A DNA stretch of 64,000 bases from positions 15,624,001-15,688,000 of the forward strand of contig OX597822.1 of the NCBI GenBank assembly GCA_951406725.2, in the 5' to 3' direction. Source of the DNA: Octopus vulgaris (Eukaryota). Under the pieces are notes generated by a model. That model worked only from the letters and a program-made list of their open reading frames with translations. It searched no databases and was not told the origin of the DNA. A program made the translations under genes and the position numbers. Shown piece by piece: positions 38,991 through 53,198 of the stretch (positions are counted from its first letter, which is position 1; each line of letters opens with the position of its first letter).

Positions 38991-40389
38991 CTCCCAGTAA
39001 TCCTCCCACTCCTATCTACCTCTGTCTGTAACCAAATTCAACCACTCCTTTCGCCTTCACTCAACACCACTATTTCAACTCTTTTAAACTCAACAACAAC
39101 TATACTACCATTACCACTAGTACTACTACTAGAGACCAACCTCAACAACTCCGTCTTTCTCCCTCCTCAATCTCAATTGCCCCAACGTCATCAAAGTCCA
39201 ACAAATTTAGATCTAAAGATTCTGACTCTTAAAAATCTCACATGTCTAAACCGAAATCTAAAAATACGTCGCCATTCTTTACATTCTCACAGAGAAGGAG
39301 ATCCCTCGCTTTCTGAATGGATACATATTCTGCTATGCACCGATCTGACGGCAATTCCCCTTCTCTCCATATCTTACAGCAGAGATTTTGACGTATTGTA
39401 ACTCTCTCTCCTTTACACTTGATCAGCTCAATCGGTACTGCATCTAGACCTAATGCTTTCCTGCTTTTTTTTAGCCCCTTCTACCTCACGTCTTAGTTTT
39501 TGTCCCTCCCTTCTTAGCGGTGTACATAATCTATCGGTCCCTTTCGCCGATAGAATATTTATGCCAGGATTGTCATAAATATGATAGTGGGTTTTCGATG
39601 AGTTAATAAAATAAAAACAGTCATTAATCTTCTAGATATTTGCTATAAAATTATAAAGTTTCTTTAAATGACATTCAACACAGAAATATACAAGTTACCA
39701 ATTGTATTCATTCTTTCATTTATTTACTAATTTTCGTTTGATTACAATCATCATCTATCAAGCTTACTGAAAGTTGCAAGATACAAACAATTGTTAAAAC
39801 AGTTGTTGCACTTGCTATAAAATAAATGGTTCTCACATGTTATACACGATGTCATCCACACCATTTCTCACAATCGTTTCTTTGACGTAGTCGAAACATA
39901 CTGCATAGTATCAGTAATGTATAACGCTGGGCGCAGAAGTGAAAATTACATTATATGTATTATCGAATGTGACATATCATTCATTATTCATAGAGAATGG
40001 CTTATTCTCAAACAGCTGCTTCACTGAAAAGTGAAGTGACAAAGATAAAATTTAAGCAGACGCCTCCAACATGGTCATGTATAGACACGTATACACATGC
40101 AAAGTGTTATATATCATTGTTCTTATAAATATGTATATATAGATATATACATATGTATTCGCGTTGGTTTGTTTCTGTATGAATGAATTTATACATTGTA
40201 TTACACAAGTTAGCAACCAATACGAGAACTGAGAAGATGAATGAGACACATTGGATAAACCTTATCAATATGTATAATATGAATATTGATACAGAGGAAC
40301 CTACTGATATTACGTACGAAGCAGAAACTAAGTGTATCTTAAATGCACAGGCTCGAAGAAGGCAGAGGTACTTTGTGGTTTGAGTCAGT

Positions 40390-40611
40390 GTACTCTTTTA
40401 TTCTTTTACTTATTTCAGTCATTTGACTGAGTCCATGCTGGAGCACCACCTTTCGTCGAGCAAATCGACCCCAGGACTTATTCTTTGTAAGCCTAGTACT
40501 TATTCTATCGATTTCTTTTGCCGAACCACTAAGTTATGGGGACGTAAACACACCAGCATTAGTTGTCAAGTGATGTTGGGGGAACAAACACCACAGACAC
40601 ACAAACATGCA

Positions 40612-40705
<94 letters not shown>

Positions 40706-40853
40706 TATGCGACGTCACCAAATCCATTCACAAAGCTTTGGTCGGCTCGAGGCTATAGTAGAAGACACTTGCCCAAGGTGCCACGCAGTGGGACTGAATT
40801 CGGAACCATGTCGCTGGTAAGCAAGCTACTTACCATACAGCTACTTCTCTGCC
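40390..40853 (-). mobile_element. CORE-like SINE, near full length
   Basis: Collinear with 18985-19410, including the internal microsatellite. Confidence 0.88.
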
Positions 40854-41247
40854 TAAGCGTTGAAATCTTTAAAATAATGTTTTAATGTATCATTTAGACG
40901 TAATTTGTGACGATATATCTTAATTTGTTATTCATTTATTCCAGAAAAAAAATTTACGAAAAATGTTACAGGTGTTCAAAGTTTGATAATTGATTTTTTC
41001 AATCAATCAGAAAACACCGCTTTCGCTGCCTCTGCCATCATCTGTAGCATGTGAGAGAGATACAGAAATACGATAAATGTATAGGTTTCTTGTTTGTTTT
41101 GTCCCCCAAGAGATGAAATTGCTTTATATTTTCTCTACTATATGTGTTAAGAAAATTATTTTTCCAAAGGATCCGCAACACATGCACTCGCACACAGACA
41201 CACAGACACGTAAACTCACACACATACACATATATATAGCGCGCGCG

Positions 41248-41298
<51 letters not shown>

Positions 41299-41489
41299 GA
41301 CAGAGAGAAAGAGGCTAATTTGAGAACACATTCATACAGCAATTATACATTTTTTTCCACAATTTGCCGATCGTCCGGTATTACGACCGAATGTATCCTC
41401 GCTTTGAAAGAAATAGGTCAGAAATTCGTATCAGAAATTCCAAGCAAGTGAAATTTCGCAAATGCATTAGCATTTCCGATAATATTAAT

Positions 41490-41570
41490 AGTAAAATGGC
41501 TTTACTTGGAACTGCACGCATATTGCATGAAGTACTTTATCTGTCTGAGGTCCTTGTTGTGATTTGACAG
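41490..41570 (+). mobile_element. 3' end fragment of an R4/Dong-like element
   Basis: KMALLGTARILHEVL parallels KIVLMGTAHILRKIL at 23264-23310. Confidence 0.6.
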
Positions 41571-41574
41571 TGTA

Positions 41575-41872
41575 TGAGTGTAGCGAAGGGTCGTGGTTAG
41601 GGGTCAGTGCATTCGGCTGTGGTGCATTGTCTTCTTGAAAAAGTCTAATTCCTGTTGCTCCAGTTAACTCACCTGGCAAAATGGATTATACCTATAATCC
41701 AATGGGCTAACCTTGTCACCTCCTGTACCACGCTGAATCTCCTTGAGAACTACGTTAAGTGTACATATGTCTGTGGGGTACTCAGCGACTTGCACGTTAA
41801 TTTCACCAGTAGGTTGCTTCCCTGATCTGATCAAATAAAGCACGCGTCGTCGCCACCGCCGAAGAGCCAGTT
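41575..41872 (+). mobile_element. Diverged SINE (fourth family)
   Basis: Weak tRNA-like head plus body gctgaatctccttgagaactacgttaag...ctcagcgacttgcacgttaatttcac, recalled as a cephalopod SINE body. Confidence 0.45.
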
Positions 41873-41929
41873 ACATACACACGCGCGCGCGCACAGATGC
41901 ACATAAGGTGTTAGGGACTGAGGAAAAAC

Positions 41930-42376
41930 GACTTCAAATTTTGACTCAAAACCAGAAATATGGGGAGGGAATTAATCGATTATATTCAACTTCATTACTG
42001 AAGAAATACTTGTTTTACCGACCCCGAAAGAAAGAATGCATAGCAAAATCGGTCTCTGCGTAAATCGAACTTAGAACGTAAATTTTCGAAAAAAGCACCG
42101 CTTAGCCCTGTTCTATGCACTGATGTTTCTGCCAGCTCGCTTCCTAAGGGAATGGAAATTTTGGGTTTAAACTTTTGCTCACAGCCAGCAACTTAGGTGA
42201 AGGGGGTAAGTCGATTACATCAACCCCAGTGTTCAACTGGTACTTATTTTATCGACCCCTAAAAGATTAAAGTCAATGTTGACCCCGGTGAAATCTGAAC
42301 TCAGACCGTAAAGACAGACGAAATACCCCAAAGCCTTTTATTCAGCATGCTGTTGGTTCTGCAAGCTCTCTGCCTT
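41930..42376 (-). mobile_element. Two tandem diverged Meta-like SINEs
   Basis: tgccagctcgcttcct (~42130-42145) and tgcaagctctctgcctt (~42360-42376) are reverse-complement heads; gtacttattttatcgacccc..gtcaatgttgacc domain. Confidence 0.7.
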
Positions 42377-42699
42377 AGAGATGAGAAATACTGGAAAATT
42401 TTAAAAGGCACAGTTATATATTAACCTGGTAATCTCAATATTCCATATATATTGAGGTAACTCTCAGAAATACAGAAAGATAACAGTAACAATAAGAGAT
42501 ACAAGATAATGGAAATTAGAACTAATTAATCCCGTATCTTATTATTCAGGGCTGTCAGAAACGGATGTGGTTCTGGTTTGGTAAATGTATACTAACTTTC
42601 GTTACAGGCGAAGTAATATCATTGTTACATTATGCTACTCTACTCAAATAAGGTATTGGCATTTTAAAGCGGTTAAAATTCCATTACATTAAGACCTCC

Positions 42700-42995
42700 T
42701 GGCGGTGGAAATGTTAGCGCACCAGGGAAATTGCTTCGCAGCATTTCGTCCGTCTTTACGTTCCACCGAGGACGTCTTTGCCTTTCATCCATTCGGAATC
42801 GATAAAATAAGTATCAGTTAATTCCTAAGATCGATGTAATCGACTCATCCCCCCTCTTCCGAAATTACTGATCTTGTGCCAAAATTTGAAACCAACATTG
42901 CATCCCTTTTAGGCGGTGAGCGAGCAGAATCGTTAGCATGCTGGTGGCAAAATGCTTAACCCTTCAAATTTCAGGCCTTGTGCCTATAGCATGAA
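42700..42995 (+). mobile_element. Meta-like SINE plus short second copy
   Basis: gaaatgttagcgcaccagggaaattgc...ctttgcctttcatccattcggaatcgataaaataagtatcag; second head aggcggtgagcgagcagaatcgttagc at ~42911. Confidence 0.7.
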
Positions 42996-45058
42996 GGAAG
43001 ATTTCATCACATTTTCGACGACGACGCGAATGTTTTGATAGTCACAGAACAGAATGCAGCTGTATGTTTGTAAACCTAAATCAGAACTATTGTCCCTACG
43101 TGTCCAGTTATCGGTTTCCCCAATTAAAATAATAATGCTTACATCTGAGAACCGAACCCTTGATCAAAATGTGAGTAAGACGTTTTATGCCGTCTTTCGG
43201 TGAAACATCACAGGCTTCTATATTGTCTTGACATATGATCTTGCTATTGCTAAATGGGACTTGTTAGCAAGTTTAAAGATAGAGACGTATAAAACACTAA
43301 AATTCGCTATTTCACTTGGCAGGATTTTTTATACCATTAAAAGTATTTTTAATTTATTATATGTTGAAATAAAGGGAGGATTTCCACAAACTTTACACAT
43401 CAAACAGAATCCTTTTCGAAATTTAGTTATGTGTCTTTATCTTGCGGCTGACTTCTGAGATAAAATGAACTCATTCAATTTCGGTTCTCGATAAAAGTAC
43501 CAGCTCAGTACAAGTTTCGAATATAATATTCTATGTCAGCTCTCGAATTTGGGACTTAAGAACCTTCTTTCAAATTCTTCTTTATATGTTTAAAAGACAA
43601 GTGGAGTTTCAGAAACAATAGAGCGTCAAGAGAAATCTCTTCTGGCATTTAGTTACATCCATTAACGTTCCCTGAACAAATCTATCGAAAAGATAATTTA
43701 ATCAAATACAAACTTCCAAATTATGAGGTATTTTGTTTCATGACTTGGTACACTTTTCTCAATTAACTCATCAATTAGAGTTTACGTGTTAATTTGGCAT
43801 GCTATGAAAAAAAAAGCAAAAACTCCCTCAATTTGCATCCAACTGTCTTTAATTTAACATAATGTGTTCTTGAAATCGTTGTGCATAGGAAAAAGGCGAG
43901 ATTGTCATATGTGGATAGCTTTGAATATAGATTTGTTCAGACAGTGCTGTACCAGACGTAAGCAATATTAATGATTATAACAAAATCAATATCTAGATAT
44001 ATTTTAAATTGTTTCATCTCTAAATATGAATTTACAAGTCCAGTACTAAATCATATAATGGGAAATCATTACAAATATTCACACATTTTGCACTAAATTG
44101 TGCTGACATTGCCTTATGCTCAATTGAATATACTACCGGAGAGAAAATATTTTGTTATTAAAAATTCGCATTATTGTTCTGATTTAGAAATATTTTCTTT
44201 TGAAAACTCTGCTGTTAATGACTTTATTGCCATTAAAAAAATTAGTTTTGACACTATCTCTTCTCCTTAGAGAAAACGTAACTTTGTTCTAAAAACATGA
44301 TTATAGTTATATGTAAACCTCGTCTTTGAAGAGTATATGATATTCTATATATTGTCTATGGAATTGTTTTATTTTAACTACTGAAACGTTTTTACAAGTT
44401 GGGATATGTAATATATTCGCATTAATTTGCGATATTATCTGAATAATAATATCTGATAGGTTACCTTTTATATTTGTAATTGGAAATGTATGGTAATAGG
44501 AAAAACTATTTCCTCAATAGCTTTCTACTCTCGTGACCGAAATAACTGCATAATTCAGTCTACTAGTTTTGGTACTTCACACTATTGACAGATTTAATAT
44601 TTTAATCGAATCTCTTAGCACACATTACACCGACGAACATTTGTATATTAAAGGTAAAAATATACACTTTCTAAATAGAATTTAAGTCCCACATGAAAGG
44701 TACATATCCTAAATCCAAAATCTAGCTTACTCTTCGTTATATATACTAAACTAACATCCTTGTACGTAATATGCTGTTACTTATGCATTGTATGAAAATA
44801 GTAATTAAATCGTCATTACTAAATGCAAAACTATGTTTAAAATTGTAAATAATTTCTAATGAAATAAATTGCCCATATAATTTGCCTATATAATCGTCTA
44901 TGAACATTTAAAACAACTATATATTCAAGAAATAAAACGACTGTTTGAAATAATTACAAATTTTCAGTGATATTAGTGTAAGTAATTCTTGTCATTTACG
45001 GATGGCGAAGAATTTAGAATATCTTGCCCAAGATTGCTGATTAAGTTTACAATATTTC

Positions 45059-45141
45059 TGTATCTTGAGAGAATATTTTTTTCACAATTTTATATAAATT
45101 TTTGTATCTTGAGAGAATATTTTTTTCACAATTTTATATAA
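45059..45141 (+). repeat. 44-bp-period tandem duplication
   Basis: tgtatcttgagagaatatttttttcacaattttatataa at 45059 and 45103. Confidence 0.9.
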
Positions 45142-46375
45142 GATTATATTGCAAACATATCGAGTCTTATTGCTATTATTTAAACTCATTGGTATTTCCA
45201 CGAAATCGATACACGTTTACATACAGCAGTTTCTATTAAACGGAACTCGGAAATAATTTTTTCTACCCTATTTAAAAATATATTTTTGTCTATAAACTAT
45301 AAAAGTAAAGCAAAATAATGGGGTTTGTACATTCTTGAGTTACGGCAAAGACCTTATGTACGAGATGGCAGCTTTCTTGAATCTAGATTAATACTTGCTG
45401 GTGTTTTGCTTCGAAGAGCTTGATTCTAAATAACTTTAAAACCAGAGTGCTTCAACGATTACGATAGAGATAAAAGCAACCGGTAGCGTTACAGTGAGAT
45501 GAACTCGTTAATACACATTCATAGGGCTTATGATACGTGATAAGTCACACACAAGAAAAGATCATGAAAGCCGTCTCTGTATTTGCCACAGACATATACA
45601 ACCAATTATCATGACAGCTGATCTCGCCTGCTGACCTGTCAAAAAAACACTTCAGATTTGAAGTAATAGTGAGACACAGTTTTAAGTAGAGTATGATTTT
45701 TACACACAAACATGCTCACGTCATGTATATAAATATGTATATAGATATTTATACACGCTTTAAAAATTTTGAGAATGGTCAAACGTCAGTATATCAACAA
45801 CAATTTCACGAAATTCGAGGCTCAGTAAATACTTGCTGGGCTCTACATGATTGAACTCGTACTCGAGAATAACACTGTGGCTATAATTGTTTTTTGTTTG
45901 CAATGATTAAAAGCGGAAATGTAAACGTTTTATGGAACTTGTGTTACAGACACTGAAACGAAGAACTTGTTTTGTTTACCGAAACTACCACATGTTGGGC
46001 GGGTTCCTTGTTTGCTATTTTTAAGTGGCATTCTATCCACTTAATACGTTTAAAAATGACAAAACTATACACAGTAAATCCCATTTATTAAAGGAATTGT
46101 GTTCAGTATATCTTCATTTCTTTGTTAGTTGGTCTGTTAGACGTAAAGCTATTTAACCGAAATAATTTTTCTCGACTGTCTAATACGGACAGTTAGGGTC
46201 TAACTGTAATCGGAAAAATGTATTCCATTCTCCAGAATTGGCAAAATGAAACCAGAGTTAAATACGTTTGAATATATTCAGCATGGGCTTTTCTTTGCTG
46301 AACAATACATACATATATACATAAATACATCTGAACAATAATGACATACATATATCTGAACAATACTGATATACA

Positions 46376-47232
46376 TACGAGGGGGTACCCAAAAGAAACG
46401 GGAATTTTGCAATATTTTATTCACTTAGTTTTAAAAGTTTCCACTTTTATCGTCTTCAATGTCTTCTCTATTTGAGGCATTGGATCGGTCCAGATGCTTT
46501 TCTTCGTTACTGTTCGAAACAGCCCTGGAACCCTTGAGAAGTGATGCCTTTTAACGCCTCCGTTGTTTTTCTTCGCTTCTACGTCTGAAAATTCCGTAGC
46601 ACTGGCTTTCGTCACTAGTGATGACCATCAAAAAGAAGTCCAGATCAATTTCCAACTGTTCTTTCAGGTCACGACACGCATTCAGTCGGGACTGCATTTG
46701 ATCTTCCGTGAGCAATCAAGGCACAGATTTTGCTGCAACTCTTTTCCTTCGCAATTCCTCACTCAAACTTCTTTGGTCATATCAACAAATTCGTCAATTG
46801 TTCGGTGATGTGTCCTCTAAGATCAACTCATGATGCTTTCATTCATTCAAGAGGTCGACGATCGTCCTGAACGAGGTTGGTCTTCAAGCGACAATTGACC
46901 ATTCCTAAAGCGTTAAAAATCACTCGTAAACTTGTGTTTTGCTCATAGCACAAGGTCCTTGTAAACTCTGAAGTCTGACAATTGTTTCGGCCGTCGATGT
47001 CTCTAGCAGAAAGCAGAATTTCCCGGAAACATGCAGTTCCTTCGTTTGAGCCATCATAAAAAAATCGACGATAGCGGAGAAGCACTGCAAAACAATGAGA
47101 AACCACGTGGCAGTAGGACTTCCCGCGATGATGCCGGTCGGAATGCTGACGCCTGATGGTTACATCAAATGACGTGTAGCGGCGGAAGCCTACAGAAAAC
47201 GTTTCCGTTTACTATTGTACCTCCTCTAGGTA
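46376..47232 (-). mobile_element. Internally deleted mariner element
   Basis: TIRs tacgagggggtacccaaaagaaacggg and (revcomp) gaggaggtacaatagtaaacgg. Minus strand from ATG 47054 gives KFCFLL..AET..AMSKTQVYE..FRNGQLSLEDQPRSGR..RVAAK..LLTEDQ..MVITSDES (first catalytic Asp motif), then a deletion. Confidence 0.82.
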
Positions 47233-47236
47233 CATA

Positions 47237-47349
47237 TTTACATACATACATACATACATACATGCATGCATGCATACATACATACATACATACATACATA
47301 CATACATACATACATACATACATACATACATACATACATACATACATAC
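47237..47349. repeat. (TACA)n microsatellite
   Basis: Direct reading. Confidence 0.95.
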
Positions 47350-47489
47350 GTGCGTAGAGACATATATAAAAGCAGAGCTCCTCGAATATGTCTTCAGGTA
47401 CAATATCTCAAAACAACGTGATGTTAAATAAATATACGTTACCATCTGAAATTATATTTCCCCCTTATTTTTGAATACATAAAGAAACA

Positions 47490-48385
47490 TCCATGCCAGG
47501 AATACTGGGCGGAACATTCCCATCAAAGTGTCTTTCAAGGGCACACATAAGAAACCAGATTTGGGACAGGCAATAAAAAGTATGTAAGATCATATAGGCC
47601 ATCTATTCGGCTGATGTGAATATCACTTCGAATATAAGAGAGACAGAAGATAACTGCGGACAGCTGTTTTGAAACCTCCAGCTCCTATATCCAGATTATA
47701 AATTCACATTTATACTAATAAGAATTGGTGCAGTTGGTTTTGTAAGTAAATGCCTAAGTGGTAATCTGGAAAAGCTAAGGTTCTCAGACAAAAAAAGAAT
47801 ACATCTACGTACCATACAATCACAAATACAATTAATCGTAAGTGGAACAGTAAAAAATGTGCGAAGCCTTTCTAAAGTTCAACATATGACATAATTCTAT
47901 GTATATTTCAACTCTAGATCCTTGTATCTTTGTTGTAAACTAAAAGAATACTTCAAATAATTAGAATTAGAAGCAATTTGTAAGTGCAACAGTAAAAGTA
48001 TGCAATACTTTCCTCAAGTTTAAATTGTGGCATTGTTTTTATCTCCATCTCAGCTCCTTCCTGAGATGAATGATTTGAATAATTAAAGCAAAACAGAACT
48101 TACATACATACGTGCATGCATACGTACATGCATACATGGAATACTACGTTTTGTTAGTTAATGCTGAAAGGAAAACCTGGATAAACTGCGATTTTCAGAA
48201 AGTGAAATTGACCGACTGATTTGTACAAGTCAAATCTCTGAGTGGAACAGTAAAAATATGCCAGACTTTTCTCAAGTTCCAAATGTGAATCTGTCTGTGT
48301 TAACTACATCCATAAGATGGAGCCTTGTGTCTTTGTTGGAAACCGGGTCCGTCCCCAGTAGCAGATTTATAATAATAAAACTAGG
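47490..48385 (+). mobile_element. Cluster of 3' fragments of a second RLE-type non-LTR retrotransposon family
   Basis: Decayed KPD..ADVNITSNI..NLQLLYPDYKFTFILIRIGAVGFV..SGTVK; terminal motif agtggaacagtaaaa...tttctcaagtt recurs at ~47841, ~47982 and ~48241. Confidence 0.6.
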
Positions 48386-50071
48386 AGAGACATACATACA
48401 TCCATACATACATAGCCTTCACTTTGAAATGAACAAACCAATGACAGTGTTTGAACTATGCATCTGTAGCTTCCTGAGTGACTTCTGTAAGTGTCAAAAC
48501 CCCACGTGTTCCCATTATAAGGAAGGCATCTGGCAAGCTACCTTCAAAGGATTCCAGCAGAGAGAGAGTGCGTCTTTTTTTCTGCATATTTTTTTAAACA
48601 TGGATAAAATACCTGATGTCAGTTATATAATGCAGGTTTCATTGAAACTGGAAATCACATCAGAATAGGTTGGGATATTATAACATACATTATAAATACA
48701 GTTTGTGTACTAGGTTAAGAAGTGGGAAAAAACATTCTTCCAGAATAGATACTTACGTATGTTGATGCTAATGTCTTATGTTCTATTTGTTGTGTTTAAT
48801 CCAAAGATGAGTTTACGAACATGTACAGTATAATACTTAGTTCACATTGGGAAATATAGTTTTACAGACACAAACGCATGTCTATATGCATTTATGTTTA
48901 CAGAGAAAATCATACATACATGTGTGTGTGTGTGTGGGTGTGTGTGTGTGTGTCTGCGTGTGTATGTGCAGAGGACAATAGAGAGATTGACAGACATATG
49001 TGCATTTTTGTTTTGTATACGCATACGAATCATTCGTTGAGTTTCGATAGCACGAGCGCTGGCCAAACTACTCTACAATATATAATAAATGAATTGAGAT
49101 TGTGAAGCAAGAATAATCGACCGAACTGTGTATCCTTTGCCATTATCTGTCTTAGACATTGATAAATACAACAAAATAATAGAAACACATCAAGAAGCGG
49201 GAACGGTTTAGTTTGTGCATTATTCAGACAAGGCTGGAATGGTGGTGGTTAATAGACTGGGCAATAAATCAAGCGAAGACACAATAGTATTTGTTGGATG
49301 CGGATAGAAATGTTTTGATTTCTATGAGAGAAGAAAAAAACTTCCAATATTTCCAATACGCCATTGTATGGAATATGGTAATACAACTATTCAATCTCTG
49401 TCTTATTTAAATTGAACTGTTACAGACTTCGAGAAATCATAATAAAGTTGACAGTAAAATAGTAAAAGACTGGTATATACTATGAATAATCTTTCATAAA
49501 AGGAATGCGAAAGTAAAATGAAAATAGATTGCGCTAACAACGGAAAACAAGAGCAAAACAAAATAATTTGAATATAGTTAAGAAAGCTTGGGATATTCTA
49601 ACCGAAAATCTCAGGTCATTAGTTATTTATTTCAGATACATCAGAAGTTATATGTAGACACAAGTATACAATCATCTGTATGAAAGGAAACAGATACACT
49701 ACATCCAAAGGGAAGCCAATTCGTTTGGGGAACAGAAATACATATAAGTCTATTACTTCATTATCAATACATGAATTTATCAAGGTATTGGTTCGACATT
49801 AACAGTACTGGCGGAAAGTAAACAGTATCTGTTATTTTGTTGCGTCTTTTCCCAGCAAGGTTTAAATTCTGCTAATGTCAAGCTGTCATTGACACTTTCA
49901 TATGTACAGTATAGTATAAAAGTGGTAACTGATGATAAAGGAAGGTCAACCAGATATTAAATCTAATGTATATTGTGAAATATACCATGATCAACCATGT
50001 GCACGAGTTTCGTTAACACCGAGATAGAAGAACCCCAAACATTGGGGGTGGCCTAATACATTTGGTCAAGG

Positions 50072-50138
<67 letters not shown>

Positions 50139-50299
50139 GCTACTGACATGGTCGCCTAGGTAACGGAAGCTATCGACTACTTTTAGTTTTTCTCCCTAGA
50201 ATATGACGGAAAATACAGAGAACAACTTCCGTCACACACCAGGGAGAAAAACTAGAAGTAGTCGATAACTTCCGTTACCTAGGCGACCAAGTCAGTAGC
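50139..50299. repeat. Inverted duplication at the 5' truncation of an RTE LINE
   Basis: 50139-50211 pairs with 50227-50299 (gctactgacatggtcgcctaggtaacggaag / cttccgttacctaggcgaccaagtcagtagc); the right arm is RTE coding sequence (KLEVVDNFRYLGD). Confidence 0.9.
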
Positions 50300-51310
50300 G
50301 GAGAAAGATGCGCTGAAAGGGTAGCTGCAAGAATAAGAATACTTGGGCAAAGTTAAGAGAGCTCTACCTCTGCTGGTGGCAAAGGGCCTCTCGCTCAAAG
50401 TAAAAGGTAGACTGTATGAGCATGTGTACGAACAGTCATGCTACATGGCAGTGAAACATGGGCTGTGATTGCTGAGCACATGCGTAAGCTTGCAAGAAAT
50501 GAAGCCAGCATGCTCCGATGGATGTGTAATGTCAGTGTGCATACTCGACAGAGTGTAAGTACCTTGAGAGAAAAGTTGGACCTAAGGAGCATCAGATGTA
50601 GTGTGCAGGAGAGATGACTGCGCTGGTATGGTCATGTAGCGAGAATTAATGAAGATATCTGTGTGAAAAAGTTCCACACCCTAGCGGTTGAGGGAACCCG
50701 TGGAAGAGGTAGACCCAGGAAGAACTGGGATGAAGTGGTGAAGCACGACCTTCGAACATTAGGCCTCACCGAGGTAATGACCAGTGACCGAGAATTTTGG
50801 AAATATGCTGCTCTTGAGAATACCCGGCAAGCCAAGTGAGACCATAACCTTGAAGCCTTCATTGGACACTGCTTGCGAAGACCTGTTGAGGCAAGTGAAA
50901 TCGGAATCGAAATCAAATTCGATGATTGGCATCCGTGCTAGAGGAGCACTAAGAGCACCATCCGAGCGTGATCGTTGCCAGAGCAGTTAACTGGCATTCG
51001 TGCTGGTGGCACGTAAAAAGCACCATTCGAGCGTGATCGTTACCAACGTCACCTTACTGGCACTTCCGCCGCTGTGCAGGTGACACGTATAAAAAAACGC
51101 GATTTTTCGTGACCGTTGGCAGCACCGCCTGACTGGCCTTCGTGCCGGTGACACGTAAAAAGCACCCACTAGACTCTCGGAGTAATTGGCGTTAGGAAGG
51201 GCATCCAGCTGTAGAGACTTCAGTCTGGTGCAGCCACCTGGTTTGCCAGTCCTCAGTCAAATCGTCCAACGCATGCTATTATGGACGCGGACGTTAAACG
51301 ACGATGATGA
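50227..51310 (+). mobile_element. 5'-truncated RTE-clade LINE (RT C-terminus plus 3' UTR, (GAT)n tail)
   Basis: FRYLGD, KVKGRLY..VRTVMLHGSETW, MLRWMC, LRWYGHV, GTRGRGRPRKNW, DREFW; ends acgttaaacgacgatgatgat. Confidence 0.9.
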
Positions 51311-51370
51311 TACAGCCTATATATGTGTATGTATATATGTGTGTGTGTGTGTGTGTGTGTATGTGTGTGA

Positions 51371-51431
<61 letters not shown>

Positions 51432-52059
51432 GTATTATATGTATTCACTTTTCATGCGAAAACAACTTTACCGATTACTTCAATACTTCTGATGCATGCA
51501 TAATTTGACCTTTGACGTATAATAGGGTCTTCATTTGAATTTTCGTTTATTAAAAATTATTTTAAATAAAGTTTGCTTTTCATATTACATTCACGTCTTT
51601 CAAAGACTTTTAAATCCTTACTTTCGGTTCCATACCGTCAGTGACGTAACACATCTCTTTATATATATATATCCATCTTTCTCTATGTCTCTGTAACATA
51701 TCTCTATCTATATCTCTTCTTTTCAATTCCAGTTTTCATATGCCATTGTTTCAATTCCATGTTATTGTTTTCACTTTAAGTCTAAAGTTTAGAATCGCTA
51801 TTTACAAACAAACGACAAATTACTGACAGAAAAAAGTTCACAATTACTAATGTAAGTAATTTCATAATTTACTGACAGAAATATCTTCATTAATTTCACT
51901 TCAATCCGTACGGCTTCGTATTTTTCTGTTGTCGACGGTTTCTTTTTGGTTCCTTTGATACTAGCTCTTTGGTTCACTGAGTGACAAATTTCGCTTCAAA
52001 CCGTACAGCATTTTATTTTCCGTTAAAATTTCTTATTTACTATCTGCCCGTCGTATACT

Positions 52060-52118
<59 letters not shown>

Positions 52119-52619
52119 CTTGTTTGGTTTCTTTATTATACAAAATTTTACAATTCAATATGGGGCGTCCCAAAAAAGAGCATTGTTTTGATGGAAGTGT
52201 GCGACACTTCGTTAATTTACGTAAAAAACTTTATTTCTAGTGAATCACACACGCATACCTGTTTTTGTATGTAAATTTGTATACGCTTATGTGTGTGTGA
52301 GTGAGTGAAGGGGTGTGTTATGTATTCGTACATAAATACATATGCATACATGTTTTTTGTATGCATATGTGTGTGTGAGAGGGAGAGAGAGAGAGAGAGA
52401 GATATCTAAGTGGAACTATCTCTCTGTCACACACACACACACGCACGCACAGTACATACAAGAAAGAAGTATGCCTATTTATCTATGTATGCACGCATGC
52501 ATGACAACACGCCCCTTCACTCACTCTCTTACACACGTCCATTTCCTCTATTTCATAGTGTATGTATCTTTGTGCGAGCGTATATGTCTGTACTTGTCGC
52601 GCTCCACAATCGTCAAAAA

Positions 52620-53198
52620 CAAGCAGAGCAATTTCCTTTCTTGATGCTCCTGGTGACACAGGTAAAACATTTGTAACATTACTTCTCTTCAAAGTAAGGC
52701 AACAAAAAGAAAATTGCAGTTGCTGTACCATTGTCTCCCTTTGCTGCAACCATTCTCCTTCTAGGACGAACATCTCATTCTGCTTTTAAATTACCACTAA
52801 ACCTGGTGACAAGTGACAGTCTGATTTATAACATAAGCAAAGATTCAGATTCAGCAGAAGTGTTGTGCCAATTTCACCTGATCATTTGGGATGAATGCAC
52901 CATGTTACATAGAGGGGCAATGGAAACTCTTGATAAGACCTTACAGGACATCAGAGGCAACAATAAATCTATGGGAGGAGTTACATTAGTTTTATCAGGG
53001 GACTTCAGACAGACATTACCAGTCATTCTGAGACGAACAAGATAAAATAAAAGCATGCATTAAGTCTTCACACCTATTGAATAAAGTAATGAAACTCTTC
53101 TTCAATATTAATGCGCGAGCTTCATTACATGGGGACCGATGTGCGAAACTATTTTCAACCTGGCTCTTCCAATTAAGAAATGAGAAAGTACCATTTGA
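52620..53198 (+). pseudogene. Helitron-type Pif1 helicase remnant
   Basis: FLDAPGDTGKTF (Walker A), AATILLLGRTSHSAFKLP, LIIWDECTM (Walker B), GGVTLVLSGDFRQTLPV; frameshifted; stops at the 53199 insertion. Confidence 0.88.

Noticed and set aside
50044-50077. Tc1-like terminal sequence (revcomp cagccttgaccaaatgtattaggccacccc)
   Set aside because: No clear partner TIR or transposase remnant found.
52620-53198. Host PIF1 gene
   Set aside because: Intronless, frameshifted fragment with Helitron-type motifs amid repeats.
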